64,000 nucleotides of DNA, taken from positions 96,001 to 160,000 of IMG/VR virus record IMGVR_UViG_3300035696_001556; one strand, given 5' to 3'. The notes below the pieces were generated by a model. It did no database searches and had not been told where the DNA came from. It saw only the letters and a program-made list of their open reading frames with translations. This stretch comes from a virus. The translations under genes were made by a program, and so were the position numbers. Position 1 is the first letter of the stretch, and every line of letters begins with the position of its first letter. Positions 21,201 to 30,605 of this stretch are shown in pieces.

Positions 21201-21705
21201 ACAGAGTTTCCTTTTAAAAACGATAATGGAAGTATCTGGGGTAGATTCCGTGGAAACTCCCTTCTCTATTATGATGAAAAGAGCTGGATCATATATCCCA
21301 ATGGATAACTTGGGAACAGTATCTTTCGAAGTCTTCCAAAACTCAAGTAATAGTAATGGCGTAGTTTCTTATCAGAGTATCGATCCAGTGTTAACATACA
21401 GTACCACAGATGGTGGTGGTCCAAGTAATCTTTTCAGGGCTGTCTATGAAAACATGATAGAGTTGAACTTGGTATCTGATCCTACCTTAGTATCCGGAGG
21501 ACCAGGTAGAGCCGCTATCACGGCAGATGGAAGGATAACGGTCAGTACAACGGATGGCAGTCCTCCGCAAACAAAAAGTTATACAGCTGCTTATTATGTG
21601 GCTTATCCGACAGGAGTTACCTATACTGAGGATTTAACGACGGATGAAATAGAATATCTAAATGTGGACAGTCTGAGTTTTCAAGGAATAGACTTTACAA
21701 ATTAA
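18295..21705 (+). CDS. Baseplate J/gp6-like wedge protein
   Basis: RKAATNSQGSVVI...IPDGTVV; ITAVTAGSIGNVPSGSI...SVEND...GTDLE...RI; GVPGV...GGKVDIYV are characteristic Baseplate_J segments. Confidence 0.85.
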   Translation: MSYTGQLGQLQSPTIVSPMTNWVPQGETGANYEYYSSSLTQQILGSLPVPLSVPNNVSLAVLYSYTITRNGSISIPTPYSQVGTTTGATNPALEDVPWSFNTVSYGTVPITYYITLLEGDILTISFISRDLSGQYLDSNPSEVVVNIVSINEINTSASIPSGIQLKLFKDNMKILIPKSSLLVSSNSDFLGCNFYISLSPGGGTNGYQLMNDTYVSTTDDSELVETIVTLSDVTSEADSTTTETKQTQQVPTEYYTFSVNKTVLTNLVNDGVISNVFLSDNVSINQDIVFYYVTTSAAYDRTLNTAVESSYSLELNGKFLQYSTDFTGLPSRTRQDILLSVVQRLTTNNNLVNVVTGQVIRDVIDPVTDMFSKFYVIEDFVFRCNSIDCLLYFDDTNGDGISDPVATSPLKTALADALGITDYTVLQSLIDQQFDKQGANFEMARKAATNSQGSVVIFTTKKPVSDLSIPDGTVVTYPGDLNLNIQPQTYTVIGDHTMEAATITNYYNPSKQRYELPASITAVTAGSIGNVPSGSITIITGVDSSLSVENDVPTDYGTDLEINSSYGARIKMARPSFDAGTKPGYTATTYGVPGVQEAIIQAAGDPLMIRDYDPTTGQHIGGKVDIYVRGTNETQIIDQVAFKFDYPTDVLGNKIGEIFYVTDASEFRIKTTNSKVTATSPIVIVSRVHNTTRNADYDLSDLVIATDTLLLSTTSPRNVSIGMATLDVIEVDYEYMSSNVLPLENQPVIELISVSDSGGNTIDPSLYQIVKSEDPLKTGNSSISTDGIEFLFSSADQLAEAITLTNEQHVIRVNLPAQLNYKGVILNTIVVQSQDLSTTYKNNIDYTITLGNQTEFTYINIKPNGMIRSGFTVSVSYEASQNFFVAYTYDSLINQVQTQINNMKHACADVIVKEAVENMVDLSFTVTRDLSVATTNNGTQTDDEMALISRIQTAVFNAVAGLQMGQTLKQSFLLKTIMEVSGVDSVETPFSIMMKRAGSYIPMDNLGTVSFEVFQNSSNSNGVVSYQSIDPVLTYSTTDGGGPSNLFRAVYENMIELNLVSDPTLVSGGPGRAAITADGRITVSTTDGSPPQTKSYTAAYYVAYPTGVTYTEDLTTDEIEYLNVDSLSFQGIDFTN

Positions 21706-21717
21706 GAGAGGTTTTAA

Positions 21718-24700
21718 ATGTCTCCAAGTGTAGAACCTAACAGCGCAAGCATTTACGAAAATCTGAATTACGCTTATGACAAGGTAGTTTTCAATCCAGG
21801 GAATCCTCCTCTTGGCAGTGAATTGAACACGCTTCAGGAGCAACTGGAGATACTCACACAGAAAACTGCCGGGAGCATGCCGTCAGGTTGGTTAAGCTAC
21901 AGGCCGTTTTATACTTCGGCTACTTTGTCTAATAGCTTCTATACGCAAGATCCTTCTCAGCCAATACCCGAAGTAGCTATGGTAAATGGTTGGCCTATTT
22001 TTGTTACCAATACTAATACTGATTTATCTCAAATTAATCAGATAAACCTCAATGACTTTGAACTGAAATCAGGATCAAGAGTTGATGGAGTCGTCTTGGA
22101 AGTGTGGAGATCGCTATTAACTCCACAGGATACTAACGTTGCTTCGAAGCCTACGAATGTGAGCCAAGTAAGTACTATCTACTCAATATACATGTATGAC
22201 GAAGATCTCGGATGGGCAGTTGGTGACAGAGGAACTATCCTTAAGACAGTCAATGGAGGACTTAACTGGAACTCAATACAGACACCTATTTCCGTTCTTT
22301 TTACCAGAGTTCAGTTTTTTGATCAGTCTTTGGGTTATGCCGTAGGTCAAAATGGATATGTAATCAAGACCACTAACGGAGGAGACTCCTGGTATCTTCT
22401 TACTTCCGTTGTAAACGATAATCTTAATGATCTGGCTGTTATAGACCAGAACACTATTATCGCGGTCGGAGATAACGGAACAGTAATAAAGTCAATAGAC
22501 GGTACCAATTTTAATCTCATTGAAAGTACTTCTGGTGTTACCGCCAATTTAAATGCAGTACATTTTTATGATGACAGAATAGGCTGGGCTGCGGGTGACA
22601 ACGGAACTTTCCTCATCACGATAAATGAAGGACAATCCTGGCAGTCACAAACTGTCATAGATGCCAGTACCAATACCGTTGTAACCACAAATCTGACTTC
22701 TATATCTTTCTTCAATTTGAATGATGGACTGGTAGTTGGAGAGAATGGCACTATCCTTAAGACGACAGATGGTGGATACCACTTTGTCAACATGTCAGGT
22801 AGAATCTACAACGGAACAGCATATCAAACTATAAACCAACTGCGTCCTGGTTTGGACAATGACATCAATCGTGTTTTTGTAAGAAGGGAATTCGCAAATA
22901 ATTTCAATATCAGTGTTTATCCAGCTTCCATAGGAACATTTACGAATATCATTTACAGCATATCTCCTTCTAACTATCCTGATTCATTGGTTCTTCAGTG
23001 GCAGGGGGCTTTGGATGGAAGAAATTATATAAAGACACTTGATCTGGACGATTACGATACTGCAGATGATTTAGCTACAGCTGTTAATCAGATACAGAGT
23101 CCATACTCTCCTACTGATGTAAGCTACCCAGATAATCTGAGAAAAACAACCAGAGTGTTTATAATGACAGTAGACTACGCAAATGCTGTTAAACCTTCTG
23201 ATTTTCGTCCAGCAAGCGGTTCGATCTCTTCTACCGGTACAACAGTAATAAGTTTCTCCGTGGAAGATAAAGCTTGGATCGTAGGTAATGATGGTCTTGT
23301 GGCCAGTACTAATAACAGTGGATCTAAGTGGTCACTAATCACAAATAATTATGGATTCGATCTATATGATGTTAACATGCAGGCCAACAATTACGGGTGG
23401 GTAGTTGGATCTGCTGGCAGTATCCTTTTATATGATCCGACAAATATCCCAACTAATTTTGCACTGCAAAATACCGATCTTCCTCTTAAATCAAAAGGAA
23501 GAATATTCCCTGAAGGAAACATCCTTTCACAGTCTGATAGTTTCCTTAACGATAATATGATCGATCCAAATGTCGGAGTGGAAACTACAGACAGAGTCCA
23601 GATACAATATGCTATAAGAGTACTCGAGGGAGTAGATCCTTTCACATATCCTGAAGGTGGGCTAGGGGCAGAATACGTTTACAGTCTGGGTCCAAATGCT
23701 ACGGGGCAGGACGCGGGTAGTTACACTTTTGAAAATATGGGAGATCAAAACGGAGATTACGGACTTTGGAGAGCTCGTTGCAGGAACACTTATGATGGAT
23801 GGTCTTGGGCTATCCCTATGTTTTTTGTTGCACGCAGAAATTCTTCACCGTTTGATCCAGATACGAATATCAACGGGTCGACTATCTATAACCTCAATGC
23901 TATAAGACCGGACGGACTGACGTACGAACAAATAACAGATGATGATATAACTGATTTGAGAAAGAAGATAAATATCCAATCTTATACGGCTCTGTTCGAA
24001 AAGAATTTTGATAAGCTTCTCGGCAACAGATTACAGACCAAACTGAGTGAGCAAGATACAAAAGGTACTCAGTATGGGACTAACATCCTTTCTGCAGATA
24101 CATATGTAGGTACAGCCGCTTTAGGGAACCTAATAGCCGGAGATGTAACTTCCGAGGCCGTCTTGGAATCTTTTGTAAAAATACTTAATCCAAATGGCGC
24201 AACCCCTTTAACGGATGCTGATTGGACTGTAGGGCCTACTATAAACTGCATCTACATGACTGATCCTGCTTATCATTCAGTCATAAGTTACATAAACGGT
24301 GCAGCAACTTCCCAGGTCATACCAGGATATTTTGAGGGATTAGGAACCAACACCATAAAATTCGATATTGGAAATTATACTCCTGCTCCAGGTGAACAGT
24401 ACTTGATGACAGTTTGGAGAATAAACTATTCGAATAACGGTTTGACAAATATCCCGAATGAACCTCTAGGTATTTCGTATGTTCCTTCAACTGAGGATAC
24501 GAGCATATTTTACCGTGGTATAAATGCTAATACAGTGAGTCAGATCATAGAATACCTCACAGCAAATGTTCCAGGTTATAACGACTATGCTATTTTCTAT
24601 TCTGCTAAAACTGTTGGAACAACTGCGGCTGATATAAACCTTTACCAAAGTTCGGACATCTATGATCAGACTACTGATGGGTATAGTCAATCTTTGCAGC

Positions 24701-26109
24701 AATTCTCTGGGCAGCAATATAGAGGATCACTCGTGGAGTATCATTATTTCTTTCAGACAACGGCATTTGTTAAGAAATTTTCGGTGCCTAAGAGCATTAA
24801 CAATTATGGAGTTCTTAATGTAAAAAGCGTGGCAAATGCCGTGAATGGTACGCAGTATCTGATAAATTCTGATTATAGCACCTGGATGAATGTGTGGAGT
24901 GAGAACCAGTTATCAGACCTTACTTACGACAACGGAAGCATAGAAGTTTTCTTGGATCCTTCTTTTTCGATACCTAGTGGTGTTATAGTAGAAGTGATTT
25001 TAGAAGTTGTTCCTTCTAATATAGATCTCAATATAACAACCACCAACACCGGCCCCAATATCCAAGCGTATCGTGCTCCTTTCACCAGCAATTTCAATGT
25101 AGGTTCAAAAGGAGTGAGCGGGTTTTATAAATCCGTTCTATATGAAGCTAATCCAGCTCTCATTACAAATAATAACATAACTGTAGATTTGACTCAGACA
25201 CAAGCAGATCTGGATCTCAAGAATGCTATTATTCTTGGAATAAGCTCATACAGTACCAGAAACTTGACATATCAATCTTATGTGTGGTTCCAGTCGAGTC
25301 TACCGAATGCAGGACCTTACTACTACACTGTGCCAGTAACTCTTACGACAGGTTTAGGAACAAGTACGGTTGTCATAACAATACCTCAAGGTACTTGGGT
25401 GGGTAGCTTTTATGTTCCTATGTTGGTGCAACAGACAGCTTTTGGAACTGTTTCGGACAATTCTGAAGCATATGTCTTCTACAAATATCGTCCGTATCAG
25501 ACAGTAGGAAACCTTCCACCACAGCTGACTGTGGAGGTTTTAGTAAGTTCGGATTTCCTATATATCTCTAATTTGGGTACAGGTGGAAGTAATGCTATCC
25601 CAAAGGATCCTTACGAGAATCCTATAGAGCATATCCCAGTAAATGATACAACTTTTGTTAACGACAATATGTTTACGAATATTGACGATTTGGATTTCAC
25701 AAATTTCAGTATTCCAAACGGTTTAGCAAAGATGCCTGCTATTGTATCAAGAAAACTTGGAGAAGACATCATATTCAGTGTCCCAAATAATGTAGGGGAT
25801 AATCTTGGAAGGACATTCTATACGGTTTGCTCTGATAATTTCAGGTTCCAAGCTGAGGCTTTAAAGCAGGCTGTTCCTAGAAAAGTATTTCTTCCTATGG
25901 TTGGAAGAATAAGAAATGATGTAACAAGCCCGTTCGTAAGGGGAGAGATAGTTCTTATTATCTTCTCCAAAGTATTCAAGGCACGTGTCGAGAATGAAAC
26001 CGGGTATTTTGTAGATACTAATGTCGAATATTCTCCTGGATACTTTGAGGAAGCAGACACAGCCATTGCGATATATAGACTTAGTAATTTCCCAACTGTG
26101 CGGATGTAA
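21718..26109 (+). CDS. Baseplate/tail-fibre protein with inserted BNR/YCF48-like beta-propeller
   Basis: N-terminal YDKVVFNPGNPPLGSELNTLQ (DUF4815-like). Repeated WAVGxxGTILKTxxGGxxW blades. Paralogous to 39718..42957. Confidence 0.75.
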   Translation: MSPSVEPNSASIYENLNYAYDKVVFNPGNPPLGSELNTLQEQLEILTQKTAGSMPSGWLSYRPFYTSATLSNSFYTQDPSQPIPEVAMVNGWPIFVTNTNTDLSQINQINLNDFELKSGSRVDGVVLEVWRSLLTPQDTNVASKPTNVSQVSTIYSIYMYDEDLGWAVGDRGTILKTVNGGLNWNSIQTPISVLFTRVQFFDQSLGYAVGQNGYVIKTTNGGDSWYLLTSVVNDNLNDLAVIDQNTIIAVGDNGTVIKSIDGTNFNLIESTSGVTANLNAVHFYDDRIGWAAGDNGTFLITINEGQSWQSQTVIDASTNTVVTTNLTSISFFNLNDGLVVGENGTILKTTDGGYHFVNMSGRIYNGTAYQTINQLRPGLDNDINRVFVRREFANNFNISVYPASIGTFTNIIYSISPSNYPDSLVLQWQGALDGRNYIKTLDLDDYDTADDLATAVNQIQSPYSPTDVSYPDNLRKTTRVFIMTVDYANAVKPSDFRPASGSISSTGTTVISFSVEDKAWIVGNDGLVASTNNSGSKWSLITNNYGFDLYDVNMQANNYGWVVGSAGSILLYDPTNIPTNFALQNTDLPLKSKGRIFPEGNILSQSDSFLNDNMIDPNVGVETTDRVQIQYAIRVLEGVDPFTYPEGGLGAEYVYSLGPNATGQDAGSYTFENMGDQNGDYGLWRARCRNTYDGWSWAIPMFFVARRNSSPFDPDTNINGSTIYNLNAIRPDGLTYEQITDDDITDLRKKINIQSYTALFEKNFDKLLGNRLQTKLSEQDTKGTQYGTNILSADTYVGTAALGNLIAGDVTSEAVLESFVKILNPNGATPLTDADWTVGPTINCIYMTDPAYHSVISYINGAATSQVIPGYFEGLGTNTIKFDIGNYTPAPGEQYLMTVWRINYSNNGLTNIPNEPLGISYVPSTEDTSIFYRGINANTVSQIIEYLTANVPGYNDYAIFYSAKTVGTTAADINLYQSSDIYDQTTDGYSQSLQQFSGQQYRGSLVEYHYFFQTTAFVKKFSVPKSINNYGVLNVKSVANAVNGTQYLINSDYSTWMNVWSENQLSDLTYDNGSIEVFLDPSFSIPSGVIVEVILEVVPSNIDLNITTTNTGPNIQAYRAPFTSNFNVGSKGVSGFYKSVLYEANPALITNNNITVDLTQTQADLDLKNAIILGISSYSTRNLTYQSYVWFQSSLPNAGPYYYTVPVTLTTGLGTSTVVITIPQGTWVGSFYVPMLVQQTAFGTVSDNSEAYVFYKYRPYQTVGNLPPQLTVEVLVSSDFLYISNLGTGGSNAIPKDPYENPIEHIPVNDTTFVNDNMFTNIDDLDFTNFSIPNGLAKMPAIVSRKLGEDIIFSVPNNVGDNLGRTFYTVCSDNFRFQAEALKQAVPRKVFLPMVGRIRNDVTSPFVRGEIVLIIFSKVFKARVENETGYFVDTNVEYSPGYFEEADTAIAIYRLSNFPTVRM

Positions 26110-26113
26110 TTAG

Positions 26114-27274
26114 ATGCTTTCTCAGAACTCTAAAAGCAACAATATAAGAACTTCGTTTGTTGGGAGCGGACTGACAGGAGTTCAGACTTATGCTCAGGCA
26201 CAACAGTACTCTGTTGACCTGGGAACAATACTGTACAATAACTCCTTCAAGAGTTTGAACAGCCTTGTCATTCCTTTAAAAGATCAAACCTTTTTTGATC
26301 TGCCCCAGGACAAGGGAAAGTATGCTGTCATAAATGTTTATTATGATGCCGAGAATGGTAATTTTGTATTCGATGAAATTTATTTGGGATATAAATATGT
26401 AGAAAAGCTATCTGCTCCAGCGTTATACAATGTAATACCTCTAGCTCAGTTTACGCTTCAGGAGAGCCAAGGAAGTTATATAGTAGTAAGTTACAATGAA
26501 TATTCCCAGATGGCGACTTTCTCCATAACGGATACTTTTATTCAGGGAGATACTGGGATAAAAGCTGCCCCTGGGGAGACTGGTCCAGAAGGAATAACGG
26601 GTTTATTTGGCTCGTGGGGTTGGACTGGTGTCAACGGAGTGACAGGAGATCAGGGTTTAACTGGATTATCAGCAACGGGTATAAACGGATTACAGGGAGA
26701 AACAGGGGTATATGTAGATAAAACTGTTTTACTGTATCACAAATTTAAAACAGCAGATGCTAAACAAACGGATTATTCTTTCTATGAAAGAGACTGCATC
26801 TATCAATACACTGGTCCTAATGCTAATCCTAATTATACAGGAACTTATGGAGTTTCTGGAAGTCCATTGTCCTATTATTATCTAGAATCTGGTGTTGTGG
26901 ACTATTGTCACGAGGTTGTCTATGGAGGAGGTTTATCGCAGTACATAAGAAATGAGTTTGTAGAATTTGGAGTGTCTGGGTCTCAGTTTGGAGTAACAGG
27001 AACACTAAGTGCCTGGATAAAATTAACTGAAAAGCCTATTGCAGGCTTTACTGGCACTCTAGATTCCATTAATCCTATGATAGTTCATTTTCATGACACC
27101 TCAACTCAGCAGCCTACCTCATGGACTTGGTGGATGGATTATCTCGGACAGTCGGTTGTTCTTAATATGCAAAATCCAATATATGCCTTTCCAGTTACAG
27201 GGATGCACATAGTTAAACTGAGAGCGACTAATCTTAATGGTTATTCTGAAATATGCCATTTTGTTAATTTGTAA
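26114..27274 (+). CDS. Collagen-repeat fibre protein with partial LamG and C-terminal PKD domain
   Basis: GXY run 26546-26707; TLSAWIK; PKD pattern PIAGF...FHDTS...SWTW...NPIYAF...G...VKLRATN. Confidence 0.7.
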   Translation: MLSQNSKSNNIRTSFVGSGLTGVQTYAQAQQYSVDLGTILYNNSFKSLNSLVIPLKDQTFFDLPQDKGKYAVINVYYDAENGNFVFDEIYLGYKYVEKLSAPALYNVIPLAQFTLQESQGSYIVVSYNEYSQMATFSITDTFIQGDTGIKAAPGETGPEGITGLFGSWGWTGVNGVTGDQGLTGLSATGINGLQGETGVYVDKTVLLYHKFKTADAKQTDYSFYERDCIYQYTGPNANPNYTGTYGVSGSPLSYYYLESGVVDYCHEVVYGGGLSQYIRNEFVEFGVSGSQFGVTGTLSAWIKLTEKPIAGFTGTLDSINPMIVHFHDTSTQQPTSWTWWMDYLGQSVVLNMQNPIYAFPVTGMHIVKLRATNLNGYSEICHFVNL

Positions 27275-27282
27275 TAAAAAAT

Positions 27283-29907
27283 ATGACAACGCAAAAAATA
27301 TTTCTAACTGATACTTCCTTGACGTCATGGTCTGGTGTTGCCACGGATGGCTCTGATATCACAGTTGAGTGTATTGGTGGTGGTGCTGGTGCTGGAAAAG
27401 GAACCGGTAGCGTTGCTACGTGGTGTGCAGGAGGTGGCGGAGAATATGCTAAGAAAATACTTTCATATGTATCTGGCACTCCCGTACCTGTACATGTTGG
27501 TAAAGGTGGACTAGGTGTTCCCATCACAACAGAAGAACAAGATGTTGGCCTTGATGGTGAAGCAACTACATTTAACACTACTGCCGTCGTTGCAAATGGT
27601 GGTCAAGCAATAGGTCCTGGTGGTACCGGAGGCTCTGGAGATTTGCTTTATAATGGAGGTGCTGGTGGCACTACCACGACAACGCATTTAGCAGGTGGAG
27701 CAGGAGGAGGTGGGGCAGCAGGTCCATTAGGTCCAGGAGCAAATGGTGGTATCTCTTACAACGGTGATTATAGTGGAGGTAGCGGAGGTGGAGGTAATGG
27801 AGGAGGTACTGCCGGTGCTGATGGTTCATCTGGTGGAGGACTTGGTTATGGTGGTTATAATGCTGAAACAACAGGTAGGGGAATGCCAAATGACTCTGGA
27901 TCCGACACTCTACTGATTAATGGGACACTGGGTGGCGGAGGTGGTGGCGGAGCAGGCTATGCTAGTGATGGAGGAAATGGTGGTCCAGGAACAGAATGGG
28001 ATAACTCTCACGGTAGTGGTGGAGGCGGTGCTGGAACAATATATATCCCAACATTAGATGATCCTCACGGAAATCAAATAGCAGGTAATGGTGGACTTTA
28101 TGGGGGCGGTGGTGGCCAATGTGCATGGAATGTTTCGGGACGTGGACAGGGTGGAAACGGTTCACAAGGGATAATTGTAATCACCTATAATCTCCCTGTA
28201 CCTCCTTCCATAACCACACAACCAATAAATCAAACAGTGATAGCTCCTACAACCGCGACATTTATGGTTGTAGCAGCTGGTACTGGGACATTATCTTACC
28301 AATGGTATAAAAACTCGTCACTAATCCCTAGTGCTAATTTGAGTTCCTACACGACACCACCTACAAGTTCAGGAGATAGTGGAGCTGTATTCTATTGCGT
28401 AGTAAATAGTACTTATGGGACTGCCACATCAACCAATGCAACACTTACTGTACTACCTCCTCTAACAGCAGTCGATTTTACATTGTCCCCACAAGAAGGA
28501 TTCAGTCCTTTAACTATAATTTTTACTGCAAGCTGTACAGGCACCCCCACATATCTTAAATGGATATTTGGAGATGGTACTTCTGTAGATACTCCTCTTC
28601 AGTCTATTATTTCACACACGTACGATACACCAGGTATATATTCTCCAACTCTCATAGGTTCAGATGGTACAAATACGTTTACAGAAACTAAAGATAATTA
28701 TATTATAGTCAATCAGTCCTACATCGAATCAGAAAATAGCATTGTACAATCATACTGTTCTCTTCCTTATAAAAATTGGGAATTTTATGTAGATCCACAA
28801 ATGCATTTAGTATTTGTTTTAGGACAATACAGTTATAGATCAAATTTGCCTGTTATTAATGTCGGAGAATGGACACTAGCTGAGTTTCATGCTGGTCAGA
28901 ATAATATGTATGTGTCTACCGTTGCAACCGGAAGACAGCTTATACCTAGTTATCAGGTTTTTACGGGGTATGAGATTTATAGCGAAAATGAACTAATAAT
29001 AGCAAAAAACACGTCCATGAAAATAGATGAATTGAGAGTGGTAGCAGTAGAAGAGGATCTAACAGATTATTTTAATTCCCTGATAGGACGCGTTTATTAT
29101 CTTCGGGAGACCCCTTTATCGGTAATACAACCAGAGATTAAATTGTCTGGAATGTTTAGCTGTATAGGGTGGGTTAGAAGTCTTGTTGTACCAGATGGTG
29201 ATGTCCTAATACCGTTGACTATATCGGATCCTTATGGAAATGTTATAGGAGTCGATTCGGCAATAAGAATAGAGATCTTGAAAGACGGCTCTGACTACAG
29301 GTTGCAGTATTTAGGGTCTCAATCTCAGTCTATTAATAAAACTTTAAAAATAAATGTCAATGATGGCAACTGGCATTTTCTTGGCTATGAGTGTGACGAC
29401 AATGGTAACATGACTTTTTATGTCGATGCTATGATCGTGCCAGCACAAGATGGGTTAGATTCGTATGGCTTACCTTACTCTGTAGCCAAATCTACCACTC
29501 CGCGTGTCGGAGGGGGAGATGTGTGGCTACCGTATCTTTATGAGTCTGGACAAGTAATATACCAGTATAATTGGAGGTTTGGAAAAAATTTCAATCTTGG
29601 TCAATCTTGGATACAACAGTTAATGATAAAAGACCAACAAGCTCTACAAACAGCTTTTTCGAGCAATGCGATCAGTGTTGACCCAGCAATTCAAGCTATT
29701 TATTCTGAGATGTTGGCCTCGAAAGTACTGTCAACTTTGGATACAGCTTTAGATCCGTCTAATCCAGAAAGTATAATGGGTTTGACTGGTACTGTTGGCG
29801 TAGCATATGCTTCGCCTGGCTTAAGTACAAGTTCAATGGCTTATGTATCATCTTTTCAAAATGGTGGTTTCACTCACTCAAATGGACCTGATATTATTTT
29901 CAGTTAA
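27283..29907 (+). CDS. Gly-rich/Ig-like/PKD/LamG fibre or receptor-binding protein
   Basis: VECIGGGAGAG...GSQGIIVITY Gly-rich domain; PSITTQP...YQWYKN...YCVV Ig domain; WIFGDG PKD domain; LamG-like C-terminus. Confidence 0.75.
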   Translation: MTTQKIFLTDTSLTSWSGVATDGSDITVECIGGGAGAGKGTGSVATWCAGGGGEYAKKILSYVSGTPVPVHVGKGGLGVPITTEEQDVGLDGEATTFNTTAVVANGGQAIGPGGTGGSGDLLYNGGAGGTTTTTHLAGGAGGGGAAGPLGPGANGGISYNGDYSGGSGGGGNGGGTAGADGSSGGGLGYGGYNAETTGRGMPNDSGSDTLLINGTLGGGGGGGAGYASDGGNGGPGTEWDNSHGSGGGGAGTIYIPTLDDPHGNQIAGNGGLYGGGGGQCAWNVSGRGQGGNGSQGIIVITYNLPVPPSITTQPINQTVIAPTTATFMVVAAGTGTLSYQWYKNSSLIPSANLSSYTTPPTSSGDSGAVFYCVVNSTYGTATSTNATLTVLPPLTAVDFTLSPQEGFSPLTIIFTASCTGTPTYLKWIFGDGTSVDTPLQSIISHTYDTPGIYSPTLIGSDGTNTFTETKDNYIIVNQSYIESENSIVQSYCSLPYKNWEFYVDPQMHLVFVLGQYSYRSNLPVINVGEWTLAEFHAGQNNMYVSTVATGRQLIPSYQVFTGYEIYSENELIIAKNTSMKIDELRVVAVEEDLTDYFNSLIGRVYYLRETPLSVIQPEIKLSGMFSCIGWVRSLVVPDGDVLIPLTISDPYGNVIGVDSAIRIEILKDGSDYRLQYLGSQSQSINKTLKINVNDGNWHFLGYECDDNGNMTFYVDAMIVPAQDGLDSYGLPYSVAKSTTPRVGGGDVWLPYLYESGQVIYQYNWRFGKNFNLGQSWIQQLMIKDQQALQTAFSSNAISVDPAIQAIYSEMLASKVLSTLDTALDPSNPESIMGLTGTVGVAYASPGLSTSSMAYVSSFQNGGFTHSNGPDIIFS

Positions 29908-29915
29908 GGCAATGT

Positions 29916-30563
29916 ATGCTGAACACAAAAAATAATACGTTTAATGTCAGAATCCAAAGCAACATCGCGGATTATACCGTTGTTATAGATTCCGGATCGT
30001 TGGTTATTGACAACAAGTGGATCGATTTTAAAGGTGTGCTTTTTAATATAAAACAATATTTAAGAAACGCAGTCACGGGAAGCAGAGTAAGGTTTTTTAC
30101 CAACGTTAATTATGCGGGATATCTAGTACTTGGTATCGATGTAACTGGAGCTCTGATAGTTTTGGAAGGGGCACAAGTTTCATACACTACTCTGGCTTCA
30201 GTCCCTATTCCACCTGTTTTTAGTATGGTCCCGATAGCGGGGATAGTGGTAATTCAGGATGGTTCAAATAATCTGATCGATGGAATAAATCCCATAACCG
30301 ATAGTAATGTCATTTTCTATTCGGGTATGGGAAACACACTTGACAAAAATCAAAAAGGGATAATGGGTTTTGATAGTAATATACTTGGCGACACAGGTCT
30401 CTGTGGACAGACTGGATATCCTGGATTAGACGGAGACACAGGCCTGCAAGGTTTGCCAGGGATTGTTGGACCTGTAGGTTTTGGTTTTACAGGTCTGCAG
30501 GGATCCCAAGGACTTACAGGAATAAATTGGGACATAGCCGTTGGCTTTAATATTCTGTTATAA
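29916..30563 (+). CDS. Collagen-repeat virion protein
   Basis: GXY run 30357-30521. N-domain paralogous to 30606 (QDGSNN/QDGSND...PIT...YxGxGN). Confidence 0.7.
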   Translation: MLNTKNNTFNVRIQSNIADYTVVIDSGSLVIDNKWIDFKGVLFNIKQYLRNAVTGSRVRFFTNVNYAGYLVLGIDVTGALIVLEGAQVSYTTLASVPIPPVFSMVPIAGIVVIQDGSNNLIDGINPITDSNVIFYSGMGNTLDKNQKGIMGFDSNILGDTGLCGQTGYPGLDGDTGLQGLPGIVGPVGFGFTGLQGSQGLTGINWDIAVGFNILL

Positions 30564-30573
30564 AACCGATATT

Positions 30574-30581
30574 CTATTAAT
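30574..30581 (+). promoter_or_regulatory. Putative late-promoter motif CTATTAAT
   Basis: Exact motif copy in a 42-nt intergenic gap, followed by TTTTTATC as at 38087. Confidence 0.5.
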
Positions 30582-30605
30582 TTTTTATCTCATTTAAAGG
30601 CTAGC

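Noticed and set aside
22153-23490. YCF48 photosystem II assembly factor as an auxiliary metabolic gene
   Set aside because: The repeats are a generic BNR propeller inserted within a structural protein.
27370-28170. GGN-rich DNA as a repeat element or PE-PGRS gene
   Set aside because: Explained by a Gly-rich fibre domain; no PE domain and no exact nucleotide periodicity.
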